From Angustibacter luteus (GTDB lineage: Bacteria; Actinomycetota; Actinomycetes; Actinomycetales; Angustibacteraceae): 64,000 nucleotides of DNA. The translations under genes were made by a program, and so were the position numbers. The stretch is taken from positions 1 through 64,000 of the forward strand of contig NZ_BAABFP010000008.1 of assembly GCF_039541115.1 (NCBI RefSeq), written 5' to 3'. The notes below the pieces were generated by a model, which was not told the DNA's origin, ran no database searches, and was given only the letters and a program-made list of their open reading frames with translations. This document shows, in pieces, positions 47,774 to 58,357 of this stretch. Within the stretch, counting starts at the first letter, position 1; the number at the start of each line of letters is the position of its first letter.

Positions 47774-48658
47774 TCACGTCGAGAGGTCGTACGTCGTGCG
47801 GCGGCCGAACCACCGCTGCTGGGCGAGCGTGATGGCGACCAGGATCGCCAGCAGCACCAGGGCCATGACCGCGGCCTCCCCGATGTTGCGGGACTGGAAG
47901 GCCTGGTAGTAGATCCGGCCGGCGATGACGTCGGTGACCCCCTCCGGCCCGCCCTGCGGGGTCAGCGCGTAGATGGAGTCGAACACCTGGAAGCTGCTGA
48001 TCACGCCGGTCACCAGGACGAAGAACAGCGTGGGCCGCAGCAGCGGCAGGGTGATCCGCCAGAAGGCCTGCCAGGCGCTCGCGCCGTCGATCCGGGCGGC
48101 CTCCTGCAGGTGCGTCGGGATGGACTGCAGCCCGGCGGTGAAGAAGAGGGTGACGTAGCCGACCTGCGTCCAGACGGTCACCGCGATCACCGAGGGCAGC
48201 GCCAGCCTGGGGTCGGCCAGCCACTCGACTCGCTGGTGGATCAGTGCGTTCAGCGCGCCGTCCGTGGGCGCCAGGATCCAGCGCCACACCACCCCCAGGA
48301 CGAGCGGGGCGCAGATCCAGGGCAGCACGTAGACGACCCGGAAGGCCGAGGAGCCGCGCAGGCCCCGGGTGAGCAGGGTGGCGCCGAGCAGGCCCAGCGC
48401 GGTCTGGATCGGGATGACGGCGAGCACGAACACCGCGGTGATGGCCAGCGAGCGGGCGAACGCGGGGTCGCTCAGCACCGCCCGCCAGTTGTCCAGCCCC
48501 GCCGGCGTCACGGACGAGATGAGGTTCCAGTGGCTGAACGAGAGCCAGATGACCACCAGGATCGGCAGCACCAGGAAGACCGTGATCCCGAAGAGGCTGG
48601 GGGCGAGCAGGGCGTACGCGGTGCGGGTCTGCGACCTGGAGTGCCGTCCCTCGCCCAT
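47774..48658 (-). CDS. Carbohydrate ABC permease (MalF-like)
   Basis: LQSIP...EAARIDGA and SFQVFD. Confidence 0.93.
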   Translation of the reverse strand: MGEGRHSRSQTRTAYALLAPSLFGITVFLVLPILVVIWLSFSHWNLISSVTPAGLDNWRAVLSDPAFARSLAITAVFVLAVIPIQTALGLLGATLLTRGLRGSSAFRVVYVLPWICAPLVLGVVWRWILAPTDGALNALIHQRVEWLADPRLALPSVIAVTVWTQVGYVTLFFTAGLQSIPTHLQEAARIDGASAWQAFWRITLPLLRPTLFFVLVTGVISSFQVFDSIYALTPQGGPEGVTDVIAGRIYYQAFQSRNIGEAAVMALVLLAILVAITLAQQRWFGRRTTYDLST

Positions 48659-48846
48659 CTGTCACCCGCCTCGCGTCGTCCGGTGGTCTCCTCGTCCACC
48701 TGAACGTCTACCCCATGTCCGGCAAGTCCGACACTCGAGATCTGTCCCGTCTCACCACGGGCGCACGCCGCGCACACCATTCGCGCTACTCGTGCCTATG
48801 GAGGCCCGATCACCACGTCAAGCGCGAATGGTGCGGGAACGGGGTC

Positions 48847-49272
48847 TCAGTCGGGGTCGCTGCGGCGCAGTCGCTTGGTCTGGCCGCGCCGCTTCTTGGC
48901 CGAGATCCGGCGCTCGACCGAGCCCTTGGTGGCCTTGGTCGGACGCCGGGCCTTCGGCGGGGCGGCGACGGCCTGCGCGAGCGTCTCGGCGAGCCGCTTC
49001 TGCGCGGCGTCCCGGTTGCGCAGCTGCGACCGGTGCTCGCTCGCGCTGATCACGAGCACACCGTCGACCAGCCGTCCGGCCAGCCGGTCCAGCGCCCGGG
49101 CCTTCAGGGTCGGGCCGAGCGCGGTCGTCGCGACGACGTCGAACAGCAGCTCGACCCGCGAGTCGCTCGTGTTCACGCTCTGTCCGCCCGGCCCGGACGA
49201 GCGGGAGAACCGCCAGGTCAGCTCCGCCTCGGGGATCGACACCCGGGCACTCACCCGGACCGGCCCGGCCAT
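48847..49272 (-). CDS. arfB: Alternative ribosome rescue peptidyl-tRNA hydrolase
   Basis: SRSSGPGGQSVN (GGQ), RSQLRNR and a basic tail. Confidence 0.95.
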   Translation of the reverse strand: MAGPVRVSARVSIPEAELTWRFSRSSGPGGQSVNTSDSRVELLFDVVATTALGPTLKARALDRLAGRLVDGVLVISASEHRSQLRNRDAAQKRLAETLAQAVAAPPKARRPTKATKGSVERRISAKKRRGQTKRLRRSDPD

Positions 49273-49279
49273 AACCGCG

Positions 49280-50146
49280 TCAGTCCCAGGGACCGTAGAG
49301 CTGCTCGGACGTCGCAGCCAGGGCCCGACACAGCGTGGGGACGTCGACCGCTAGGGTCTGCGCCATCGCGCGCACGGTGTGCGGCACCAGGTAGCTGGCG
49401 TTGGGGCGACCCCGGTAGGGGGTCGGCGTCAGGTACGGCGCGTCCGTCTCGACCTGCAGCCGGTCGAGCGGGGTGACGGCGAGCGCGTCCCGCAGGCCCT
49501 GGGCGTTCTTGAAGGTCACCGTGCCCGCGAAGGACAGGTAGTAGCCGGCCTCCACCGCGCGGCGCGCCATGTCGCCGTCCCCGCTGAAGCAGTGGAAGAC
49601 CGTACGGCGCGGTGCGCCCTCCTCAGCCAGGAGGCGCAGCACGTCCTCGTGCGCGTCCCGGTCGTGGATCTGCAGCGTGAGGTCGAGCTCCTTGGCCAGC
49701 GCGATGTGCCAGCGGAACGACTCCTGCTGCACGGCCTGGCCCTCGGGACCGGTGCGGAAGTAGTCCAGACCGGTCTCGCCGACGCACCGGATCCGCGGCC
49801 GGCGGGCCAGCGCGGCGATCTCGGCGTAGGCGGCCTCCAGCTCGCCGGTCTCGGCCAGCCGGGGCGCCTCGTTGGGGTGCAGCGCGACGGCGCCGACCAG
49901 CCGGGGCTCGCGGGCCACCAGCTCGGCGGTCCAACGGGCGCTCGGCAGGTCGCAGCCCACCTGGACGGCTCGGGGCACGTTGACCCGGACCGCGTCGTCC
50001 AGCAGTGCGGCCAGCTCGGCGTCCGCGGCGTCCACCGCGGCGTGCTCGGGCCAGCTGTCCCGCGAGCTCGCCCCGATGTCGAGGTGGGTGTGGTTGTCCA
50101 CGACCGGCAGCGGCAGGGCGTCCGGCAGCGGCGGCCGCTCGCTCAC
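49280..50146 (-). CDS. tatD: TatD family hydrolase
   Basis: DNHTHLD, GETGLDY, HDRDAH, HCFSG and ETDAPYL. Confidence 0.95.
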   Translation of the reverse strand: MSERPPLPDALPLPVVDNHTHLDIGASSRDSWPEHAAVDAADAELAALLDDAVRVNVPRAVQVGCDLPSARWTAELVAREPRLVGAVALHPNEAPRLAETGELEAAYAEIAALARRPRIRCVGETGLDYFRTGPEGQAVQQESFRWHIALAKELDLTLQIHDRDAHEDVLRLLAEEGAPRRTVFHCFSGDGDMARRAVEAGYYLSFAGTVTFKNAQGLRDALAVTPLDRLQVETDAPYLTPTPYRGRPNASYLVPHTVRAMAQTLAVDVPTLCRALAATSEQLYGPWD

Positions 50147-51960
50147 GACTCCTGACCCGCCGGCTCCTGACCGGCCGGCTCCTGACCCAGCCGGGCCAGC
50201 TCCTCGTCCACCACGGAAGCGTCGAGCTTGGTGAAGATCGGCACGGGCTGACCGACCGGCGCGCCGACGGTGACCGGCACCGACTCCCAGGCCGGGAAGC
50301 CGGTGTAGTCCCCCATCAGCACGGGGTAGCTCGGGCCGCCGTCCAGGTCGTCCACCTCGCGGATCTCGGGCATCGGCGAGACCACGCCCGTGCCACCGAA
50401 GACCTCGTGCACGGTCTGCGCGCTGAACGGCAGGAACGGCGAGAGCTGGGTGCGGCAGTCGCTGATCGCCTGGGCCGCGACGTGCAGCACCGTGGCCATC
50501 CGGTCCTTGTCCTCCTTGAGCTTCCACGGCGCCTGGTCGGACAGGTAGGCGTTGACCGACGCCACCACCCGCATCGCCTCGGCCAGCGCCTGCTTCATCC
50601 GGTGCGAGCCGATCAGGTCGCCGACCACGTCGAACCCGGCCGCGGTGGCGGCGAGCAGCGCGCGGTCGTCGTCCGTGAGGTCACCGGCCGCCGGGATCTC
50701 GCCGAAGTTCTTGTGGATCAGGTTGGCCGTGCGGTTCACCAGGTTGCCCCAGCCGGCGACCAGCTCGTCGTTGGTCCGCCGGACGAACTCGGCCCAGGTG
50801 AAGTCCGTGTCCTGCGTCTCCGGACCCGCCGCGGACAGGAAGTAGCGCAAGGCGTCCGGCTGGTAGCGCTCGAGGAAGTCGCGGACGTAGATCACCACGC
50901 CGCGGCTCGACGAGAACTTGCGGCTCTCCATCGTCAGGAACTCGCTGCTGACCACCTCGGTCGGGAGGTCCAGCACGCCGTACTCGCCGGGCTCACCGCC
51001 CTTGTCCCCCTGGCCGTTGTAGCCGATCAGCTCGGCCGGCCAGATCTGGGAGTGGAACGTGATGTTGTCCTTGCCCATGAAGTAGTAGGACAGCGCGTCG
51101 GGGTCGTTCCACCACTGGCGCCAGGCCTCCGGGTCGCCCGTGCGCCGCGCCCACTCGATGGACGCGGACAGGTAGCCGATCACCGCGTCGAACCACACGT
51201 ACAGGCGCTTGGTCGGCTGGTCCTCCCAGCCCGGCACCGGGATGCCCCAGTCCAGGTCGCGGGTCATGGCCCGCGGGCGCAGGTCGTCCAGCAGGTTCTT
51301 GCTGAACCGGATCACGTTCGGCCGCCAGGTGCCGGTGGCCTCGCGCTCGTCCAGCCAGCGGGACAGCTCGCCCGCCAGCGCCGGCAGGTCGAGGAAGAAG
51401 TGCTGGGTCTCGACGAACTCCGGCGCCTCGCCGTTGATCCGGCTGCGCGGGTTGATCAGGTCGGTCGGGTCGAGCTGGTTGCCGCAGTTGTCGCACTGGT
51501 CGCCGCGGGCGCTGTCGTAGCCGCAGATCGGGCAGGTGCCCTCGATGAACCGGTCCGGCAGGGTGCGGCCGGTCGACGGCGAGATGGCGCCCTTGGTGGT
51601 CTGCTCGATCATGTAGCCGTTGCGCTGCACGCCGCGGAAGAGCTCCTGCGCGACCGCGTAGTGGTTGCGCGTCGTCGTCCGGGTGAACAGGTCGTAGGTG
51701 AGGCCGAGCGAGGCGAGGTCCTCGACGATCATCCGGTTGTAGCGGTCGGCGAACTCCCGCGCGCTGACCCCCTCGGCGTCCGCCTGCACCAGGATCGGCG
51801 TGCCGTGCTCGTCGGTGCCGCTGACCATCAGCACGTCGTGCCCACGCATCCGCATGTACCGGCTGAACACGTCGGAGGGCACGCCGAAACCGGCGACGTG
51901 GCCGATGTGGCGCGGGCCGTTGGCGTACGGCCAGGCGACGGCAGACAGGACATGACTCAT
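50143..51960 (-). CDS. metG: Methionine--tRNA ligase
   Basis: [20 protein letters not shown] Zn knuckle and KFSSS. Confidence 0.98.
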   Translation of the reverse strand: MSHVLSAVAWPYANGPRHIGHVAGFGVPSDVFSRYMRMRGHDVLMVSGTDEHGTPILVQADAEGVSAREFADRYNRMIVEDLASLGLTYDLFTRTTTRNHYAVAQELFRGVQRNGYMIEQTTKGAISPSTGRTLPDRFIEGTCPICGYDSARGDQCDNCGNQLDPTDLINPRSRINGEAPEFVETQHFFLDLPALAGELSRWLDEREATGTWRPNVIRFSKNLLDDLRPRAMTRDLDWGIPVPGWEDQPTKRLYVWFDAVIGYLSASIEWARRTGDPEAWRQWWNDPDALSYYFMGKDNITFHSQIWPAELIGYNGQGDKGGEPGEYGVLDLPTEVVSSEFLTMESRKFSSSRGVVIYVRDFLERYQPDALRYFLSAAGPETQDTDFTWAEFVRRTNDELVAGWGNLVNRTANLIHKNFGEIPAAGDLTDDDRALLAATAAGFDVVGDLIGSHRMKQALAEAMRVVASVNAYLSDQAPWKLKEDKDRMATVLHVAAQAISDCRTQLSPFLPFSAQTVHEVFGGTGVVSPMPEIREVDDLDGGPSYPVLMGDYTGFPAWESVPVTVGAPVGQPVPIFTKLDASVVDEELARLGQEPAGQEPAGQES

Positions 51961-52049
51961 GCGCCCCAGCCTAGTGATCGCGCGCCACCCGGTTTTGCAC
52001 GGTCCACAGGCCGCTCGCGCTGTCGGCGTCACTGGGTAGGTTCTGCCGC

Positions 52050-52439
52050 ATGAGTGATCGTCAGCGGGTCAGCAGCGGCGCGGTGTGGGAGGAGTCCGTC
52101 GGCTACAGCCGGGCGGTGCGGGTGCGCGACCACGTGTGGGTCGCCGGCACGACCGCGGCCGGCAGCAACGGCGACCCGGTCGGCGGGGACGACGCGTACG
52201 CGCAGACCCGCGAGGCGCTGCGGCGGGTCGTGGCCGCGCTGGCGGAGGTGGGCGCGAGCCCGGCGGACGTCGTCCGGACCCGGATGTACGTCACGGACAT
52301 CGCCTTCTGGGCCGAGGTGGGTCGCGCGCACGGCGAGGTGTTCGGTGACGTCCGGCCGGTCGCCACGATGCTCGAGGTCTCGGCGCTCATCGACCGGCGG
52401 CTCGTCGTCGAGGTCGAGGCCGAGGCGGTGCTCGGGTGA
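52050..52439 (+). CDS. RidA/YjgF family protein
   Basis: [23 protein letters not shown] and VEVEAEA. Confidence 0.92.
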   Translation: MSDRQRVSSGAVWEESVGYSRAVRVRDHVWVAGTTAAGSNGDPVGGDDAYAQTREALRRVVAALAEVGASPADVVRTRMYVTDIAFWAEVGRAHGEVFGDVRPVATMLEVSALIDRRLVVEVEAEAVLG

Positions 52440-53176
52440 CGACCGCGTTCGAGCACGTCGTGGTCAACGCGAAGGACGTCGACGCGCAGGCCGCCTGGTG
52501 GGCGCTGGCCCTGGGCTGGTCCGAGTCGTTCCGCGACGAGTGGGAGGTGGACGTCGACGCGCCGGCCGGCGACCCGCCGCTGCGGCTGGTGTTCGGGCAC
52601 GCGCCGGACGCACCACCGCACCGCAACCGCATCCACCTGGACCTGGCCAGCCGTGACACCGAGCACCAGCGCGAGATCGTGACCCGGCTGCTGGCCAGCG
52701 GCGCCAGCCGCGCCGACATCGGCCAGGGCGACGTGCCGTGGGAGGTGCTGCGCGACCCCGAGGGCAACCTCTTCTGCGTGCTCGAGCCCCGACCGGTGTA
52801 CGCCGCCGGTGCGGTGGCCGCGGTCGTCGTCCAGGCCGTCGACCCGGAGCGGATGGTCACGTTCTGGCAGGCGGCGACCGGCTGGGAGCGGTCCGACACC
52901 GAGCTGGTCGCGCTGCGCTCGCCCGGCGGCGTGTACCTCGAGCTGTACCCGGTCGAGGACCGCCCCCTGGCCCCGCCGGAGGGGCTGGACCGGCTGCACC
53001 TCGACGTCCGGCCGGCGCCCGGCGCCGCGCAGGCCGACGAGGTCACCCGGCTCACCGGGCTCGGCGCCGCACCCCTCGACATAGCGCAGGGCGACGTCCC
53101 CTGGCAGGTGATGAGCGACCCCGAGGGAAACGCCTTCTGCATCCTCTCGACCCCGAAGGAGGCCACCGATGGCTGA
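52436..53176 (+). CDS. Tandem VOC/glyoxalase-like protein
   Basis: Two [IL]HLD...DPEGNxFC units. Confidence 0.88.
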   Translation: MTTAFEHVVVNAKDVDAQAAWWALALGWSESFRDEWEVDVDAPAGDPPLRLVFGHAPDAPPHRNRIHLDLASRDTEHQREIVTRLLASGASRADIGQGDVPWEVLRDPEGNLFCVLEPRPVYAAGAVAAVVVQAVDPERMVTFWQAATGWERSDTELVALRSPGGVYLELYPVEDRPLAPPEGLDRLHLDVRPAPGAAQADEVTRLTGLGAAPLDIAQGDVPWQVMSDPEGNAFCILSTPKEATDG

Positions 53177-53765
53177 CGAGCTGCCCGAGCTGCTGGTGCC
53201 GGACGTCCAGGCCTGGCGGGTCTGGCTCGCCGAGCACCACGGTGAGGAACGCGGGGTCCGGCTGGTGCTCGCGAAGAAGGGCACCACCGAGCCGACCACC
53301 CTGCGCTACGAGGAGGCGCTGCAGGAGGCGCTCTGCCAGGGCTGGATCGACGGCCAGGTCAACCGGCGCGACGAGGCGACGATGTACCAGCGGTTCACCC
53401 CGCGCCGGTCCCGCAGCATGTGGTCGAAGAACAACGTCGAGCGGATCGCCCGGCTCACCGAGGAGGGCCGGATGCGACCGGCCGGCGTCGCGGCGGTCGA
53501 CGCGGCCAAGGCGGACGGGCGCTGGGAGGCCGCCTACGCCGGTCCGGCCACGATCACGGTCCCGGAGGACCTGGCCGCAGCGCTGCGGCTCGACCCCGCC
53601 GCAGCCACGACCTTCGAGAAGCTGACCAGCCAGAACCGGTACGCGATCCTGCTGCGGATCGGCCAGGCCAAGCGCGCCGACACCCGGGCCCGCCGGATCA
53701 CCCAGTACGTCGAGATGCTGGCCCGCGGCGAGTCGATCTACCCGCAGAAGGGCCTCGGCGCCTAG
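53169..53765 (+). CDS. YdeI/OmpD-associated family protein
   Basis: ALCQGWIDG, FTPRRSRSMWS and AKRADTRARRI. Confidence 0.88.
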   Translation: MADELPELLVPDVQAWRVWLAEHHGEERGVRLVLAKKGTTEPTTLRYEEALQEALCQGWIDGQVNRRDEATMYQRFTPRRSRSMWSKNNVERIARLTEEGRMRPAGVAAVDAAKADGRWEAAYAGPATITVPEDLAAALRLDPAAATTFEKLTSQNRYAILLRIGQAKRADTRARRITQYVEMLARGESIYPQKGLGA

Positions 53766-53768
53766 CGG

Positions 53769-54944
53769 TCAGCCGAGCCGGGTGAGCCCCCGCTTGAGCT
53801 GGCGGGCGGCCTGGGCGATCCGCTGCTCGTTCTCGATCAGCGCGAACCGCACGTACCCGTCGCCCTGCGCACCGAACCCGACGCCGGGCGAGAGCGCCAC
53901 GTCGCACTCGCGCACCACGTGGGTGGCGAACTCGATGGATCCCATGTCCGAGTAGGGCTCCGGGATCGGCGCCCAGGCGAACATGGTTCCCCTCGGCCGC
54001 TCGATGTGCCAACCGGCCCGGTCCAGCCCGTCGCACAGCGCGTCCCGCCGGCTCTGGTAGATCGCGTTGACCTCGAGCGGGTAGTCGACGGCCTCGTCGA
54101 GGGTCACGGTCGCGGCGATCTGGATCGGCTGGAAGGTGCCGTAGTCCAGGTAGCTCTTCAGCTTCGCGAGGGCCGCGACGACCTCGCGGTTGCCCACCAG
54201 GAAGGCCACCCGCCAGCCGGCCATCGAGAACGACTTGGTCATCGAGTACAGCTCGACCGCGACGTCCCGGCCGCCCTCGCACTGCAGGATCGACGGCGGC
54301 ATCCAGCCGTCGAACGCGGTCTCGGCGTACGCGAAGTCGTGCACCAGGACGACGTCCCGCTCCTTCGCCCAGTCCACCAGCCGCTGCAGGTCGGCCAGCT
54401 CCACGGTGGCCGTGGTGGGGTTGTGCGGGAAGGACAGCACGACGACGCGCGGCTTGGGCCAGCCGTACTCCCAGGCCTCCATGACGTTCTCCACGAAGTC
54501 CTGGCCGGGGCCGATGCCGACCTGCCGTGCGTCCGCCCCGGCGAAGTACGGGCCCCAGATGTGGATCGGGTAGGACGGCGACGGCACCAGCGCGGCGTCG
54601 CCCGGCTGCAGCAGCACCCACATCAGGTGGCTGAAGCCCTCCTTGGCACCGATGGTGCTGATCACCTCGGTCTCCGGGTCGAGCTCGACGCCGAACCGGC
54701 GCTGGTAGAGCCCGGCGACGGCCTGGCGCAGCTTGGGGATACCCCGGGAGGAGGAATAACGGTGGTTGCGCGGGTTGTGCGCCGCCTCGGCGAGCTTCTC
54801 GACCGTCAGCGCGGGCGAGGGGATGTCGGGGTTGCCGAAGCCGAGGTCGATGACGTCACGTCCGGCGCGCCGCGCCTCGACCTTCAGCCCGTCGATGATC
54901 GTGAAGACGTACGGCGGCAGGCCGGGAATGCGACGGAACTCCAT
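53769..54944 (-). CDS. PLP-dependent class I/II aminotransferase (AlaC-like)
   Basis: DLGFGNPD, FPHNPT, HDFAY and SMTKSFSMAGWRV. Confidence 0.92.
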   Translation of the reverse strand: MEFRRIPGLPPYVFTIIDGLKVEARRAGRDVIDLGFGNPDIPSPALTVEKLAEAAHNPRNHRYSSSRGIPKLRQAVAGLYQRRFGVELDPETEVISTIGAKEGFSHLMWVLLQPGDAALVPSPSYPIHIWGPYFAGADARQVGIGPGQDFVENVMEAWEYGWPKPRVVVLSFPHNPTTATVELADLQRLVDWAKERDVVLVHDFAYAETAFDGWMPPSILQCEGGRDVAVELYSMTKSFSMAGWRVAFLVGNREVVAALAKLKSYLDYGTFQPIQIAATVTLDEAVDYPLEVNAIYQSRRDALCDGLDRAGWHIERPRGTMFAWAPIPEPYSDMGSIEFATHVVRECDVALSPGVGFGAQGDGYVRFALIENEQRIAQAARQLKRGLTRLG

Positions 54945-55039
54945 CCCCCCAACCTATCCGGACGGCTCCGGTGGGCGAACGTGCATGATCACCGCGGAGT
55001 GGGGGCGAGTCGGTCGCGCCCGGCGGTGATCATGCACGT

Positions 55040-55891
55040 TCACCCCGGGCGGCGGGCGGCGAGGACGGCGTCGTAGAGCTCGCGCTTGCTCACCCCGGAC
55101 GCCGCCGCCACCTCCCCGGCGGCCTCCTTCAGACGGGCGCCCGAGTCGACGAGCTGCTGCACGCGCGGGACCAGGGACTCCACCGAAACCTCGGACGGCG
55201 CGGCGCCGGCCACCACGACGGTGATCTCCCCCCGGACCTCGCCGGACTGCGCCCAGTCGACCAGCTCGGCCAGTCCCCCACGCAGCACCTCCTCGTACGT
55301 CTTGGTCAGCTCGCGGCAGACGGCCGCCGGGCGCTGCGGCCCGAACGCCGCCGCCATCGCCGCGAGCGACACCGCCAGCCGGTGCGGCGCCTCGAAGAAG
55401 ACCATCGTGCGCGGCTCGTCAGCCAGCGCGGCCAGTGCCCGGGAGCGCTCGCCGGCCTTGCGGGGCAGGAAGCCCTCGAAGCAGAACCGGTCCACGGGCA
55501 GCCCGCTCACCGCGAGCGCGGTGAGGACGGCGCTCGGGCCCGGCACGGCACTGACCCGCACCCCGGCGGCCACCGCGGCGGCGACCAGCCGGTACCCGGG
55601 GTCGGACACGGACGGCATTCCGGCATCGGTCACCACGACCACGGTGGCGCCGCCGACGAGCGCCTCGACCAGCTCCGGCGTCCGCTTGGACTCGTTGTGC
55701 TCGTGGTAGCTCAGCACCCGGCCGGCCAGCGTGATGCCCAGGGCACCGACGAGCCGGCTGAGCCGCCGGGTGTCCTCCGCGGCGACGAGGTCGGCACCGG
55801 CCAGCGCCGCGGCCAGTCGCGGCGGCGCGTCGGCGACGTCCCCGATGGGCGTGCCGGCGAGCACGAGCAGGCCGCTGCCGGCAGTACTCAC
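55040..55891 (-). CDS. rsmI: 16S rRNA cytidine-2'-O-methyltransferase
   Basis: GTPIG, AEDTR, DAGMPSVSDPG and RELTKTYEE. Confidence 0.96.
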   Translation of the reverse strand: MSTAGSGLLVLAGTPIGDVADAPPRLAAALAGADLVAAEDTRRLSRLVGALGITLAGRVLSYHEHNESKRTPELVEALVGGATVVVVTDAGMPSVSDPGYRLVAAAVAAGVRVSAVPGPSAVLTALAVSGLPVDRFCFEGFLPRKAGERSRALAALADEPRTMVFFEAPHRLAVSLAAMAAAFGPQRPAAVCRELTKTYEEVLRGGLAELVDWAQSGEVRGEITVVVAGAAPSEVSVESLVPRVQQLVDSGARLKEAAGEVAAASGVSKRELYDAVLAARRPG

Positions 55892-56676
55892 GGCGCGCCG
55901 AAGCGACGTGCGCTGGCCCGGTGCTGACCGCCGTCCACGACGACGTCCGAGCCGGTCACCCAGGACGCGCGCTCGCTGAGCAGGAAGGCGACGACGTCCG
56001 CGACCTCCTCGACGGTGCCGAGGCGGCCCCAGGGGAACTCGCCGGACTCGAACTGCTCGAAGGCCTCGGGGTCGCCGAGCCGCAGCGAGTCCCAGCCGCC
56101 GCCGGGGAACAGGATGCTTCCCGGGCTGACCGCGTTCACCCGGATCCGGTCGCCGGCCAGCTCGTCCGCGAGCACCCGCGCCAGGTGGATCTCGGCGGCC
56201 TTGGCGACCGCGTAGGTCGTGCGCGGCGCGACCCGCGAGCCGGTCACGCTGGTGACGAACACGATGGCCCCGCCGCCGGCGCGCACCAGGTGCGGGTAGC
56301 CGGCGCTGACCAGGGCGGCGGCGTGCCCGGCGTTGAGCTCGAAGGTGGCGGTGAAGTCGGCCGGGTTGCTGTCCAGCAGGTTGCCGCCCACCGTGCCGCC
56401 GGCGTTGGCGACGAGCCGGTCCAGGCCGCCCAGCTCGTCCGCCACCGAGTCGACGGCGGCGGCGAGGGCCGCGTGGTCGGTGACGTCCACCTTGCGGGTC
56501 ACCACCCGTCCGCGGTGCCGGCCCACCTGCCGCGCGGCCGCCGCCAGCCCCTCGGCTCCTCGGGCCAGCAGGGCGACGTCCGCGCCCTCGGCGGCCAGCG
56601 CGTCCGCGATGCCCAGGCCGATCCCCCGACTCGCGCCGGTGACCAGCGCCCGGCAACTGCTCAGACCCAAGTCCAT
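55888..56676 (-). CDS. Short-chain dehydrogenase/reductase
   Basis: TGASRGIG, NAG and YAVAK (YxxxK). Confidence 0.92.
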   Translation of the reverse strand: MDLGLSSCRALVTGASRGIGLGIADALAAEGADVALLARGAEGLAAAARQVGRHRGRVVTRKVDVTDHAALAAAVDSVADELGGLDRLVANAGGTVGGNLLDSNPADFTATFELNAGHAAALVSAGYPHLVRAGGGAIVFVTSVTGSRVAPRTTYAVAKAAEIHLARVLADELAGDRIRVNAVSPGSILFPGGGWDSLRLGDPEAFEQFESGEFPWGRLGTVEEVADVVAFLLSERASWVTGSDVVVDGGQHRASARRFGAP

Positions 56677-56709
56677 GTACGGACCCTACGGCTTGCCTAC
56701 GATGGCGCC

Positions 56710-58320
56710 GTGACCACCGCTGCGACGACCGCCGCGACGCAGCCGAGCACTGCCGTCGAGAAGCTGCGCACCCACCTCGTCGGCTACCGACCGTCCGGCC
56801 GGTTGTGGGGGTGGCTCGGCCCGCTGGCGGTCACCGCGGTCGGTGGGTTCCTGCGCTTCTGGCACCTCGGCAACCCGCACCAGCTCGTGTTCGACGAGAC
56901 GTACTACGTGAAGCAGGGCTCGTCCTTCCTGGACTACGGCTACGAGCGCTCGATCGACCCCAGCTTCAGCGGGACGCCGGACACCGCGTTCACCCACGGC
57001 ACGACCGACGTCTGGGGGCAGGCGGCCGACTTCGTGGTCCACCCACCCGTCGGCAAGTGGATGATCGCCGGTGGTGAGTGGATCTTCGGGCAGGACAGCT
57101 CGTTCGGCTGGCGGTTCACGGTCGCGTTGTGCGGGACGCTCTCGATCCTGATGACCGCGCGGATCGCCCGACGGATGTTCGGCTCCACGCTGCTCGGCTG
57201 CGTCGCGGGCGTCCTGATCGCCTTCGACGGTCACCATTTCGTGCACAGCCGGACGTCGCTGCTCGACCTGTTCGTGATGTTCTGGGCGCTCGCCGCGTTC
57301 GGGGCGCTGCTGATCGACCGGGACCACGCGCGGGAACGGCTGGCGGTAGCGGTCGCCCGAGCCAGGTCGAGCGCCGGCTCAGCGACGACGAACGCGCGGC
57401 TGGCGGGGTACGGACCGGGCCTGGGGCTGCGGCCGTGGCGGCTGCTCGCGGCGCTGTGCCTGGGCCTGTGCTGCGGCACGAAGTGGTCGGGCGTGTACTT
57501 CCTCGCGGCGTTCGGGCTGATGACGGTGCTCTGGGACGTCGGGGCGCGCCGGGCCGCCGGCGTCGAGCGCTGGTTCGCGGGCGGGCTGCTGCGGGACGGC
57601 GTCCCGGCGTTCCTCACCGTGGTGCCCATCGCGCTGCTCACCTACCTGGCGTCCTGGACCGGCTGGTTCCTCACCAAGGGCGGCTGGGACCGCGAGTGGG
57701 CGAAGGCTCATCCGAGCGACTCCTGGGTCCCGGACGCGCTGCGCGGGCTCTGGCACTACCACCAGGAGATGTACCACTTTCACGTCACGCTCTTCAGTGA
57801 CCACCCATACAAGACGAATCCATGGTCGTGGATGATCCAGGGCCGGCCCACCTCGTTCTTCTACGAGGGCAAGACCAAGGGCCAGGAGGGCTGCCTCGTC
57901 GACCAGTGCAGCAAGGCGATCACCTCCATCGGGACGCCGACGCTGTGGTGGGGCGGCGTGGCGGCGGTCTTCGTGCTGCTCGCGATGTGGGCCCTGCGGC
58001 GCGACTGGCGGGCCGGCGCCATCCTGGCCGGGCTGACCGCCGGGTACCTGCCCTGGTTCGCGTTCCAGCACCGGACCATCTACTCGTTCTATGCGATCGC
58101 GTTCGTGCCGTGGATGGTGCTGGGCGTGACCTACGTGCTCGGTATGGTGCTCGGCCCGCGCACCGCGAGCCCCACCCGACGCCTGGTCGGCGCAGTGGTG
58201 AGTGGCTCGTACGTGGTGATCTGCGTCATGCTGTTCTTCTTCTTCTGGCCGGTCCTGACCGCACAGGTCATCCCGTACGCGCAGTGGGCGGCGCGCATGT
58301 GGTTCCCGAGCTGGATCTGA
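56710..58320 (+). CDS. pmt: Polyprenyl-phosphate-mannose--protein O-mannosyltransferase (GT39)
   Basis: VFDETYY, VHPPVGKW, SRTSLLD, TKWSG and HPY motifs. Divergent from the rsmI operon. Confidence 0.92.
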   Translation: MTTAATTAATQPSTAVEKLRTHLVGYRPSGRLWGWLGPLAVTAVGGFLRFWHLGNPHQLVFDETYYVKQGSSFLDYGYERSIDPSFSGTPDTAFTHGTTDVWGQAADFVVHPPVGKWMIAGGEWIFGQDSSFGWRFTVALCGTLSILMTARIARRMFGSTLLGCVAGVLIAFDGHHFVHSRTSLLDLFVMFWALAAFGALLIDRDHARERLAVAVARARSSAGSATTNARLAGYGPGLGLRPWRLLAALCLGLCCGTKWSGVYFLAAFGLMTVLWDVGARRAAGVERWFAGGLLRDGVPAFLTVVPIALLTYLASWTGWFLTKGGWDREWAKAHPSDSWVPDALRGLWHYHQEMYHFHVTLFSDHPYKTNPWSWMIQGRPTSFFYEGKTKGQEGCLVDQCSKAITSIGTPTLWWGGVAAVFVLLAMWALRRDWRAGAILAGLTAGYLPWFAFQHRTIYSFYAIAFVPWMVLGVTYVLGMVLGPRTASPTRRLVGAVVSGSYVVICVMLFFFFWPVLTAQVIPYAQWAARMWFPSWI

Positions 58321-58357
58321 GCTCCCACCATTCGAGCTCCCAGGAACTGAGGCGCAC

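Noticed and set aside
50149..50188. 15-bp tandem repeat at the end of metG (GQEPA x2-3)
   Set aside because: Short in-frame repeat in a probably unstructured tail, with no evidence of function.
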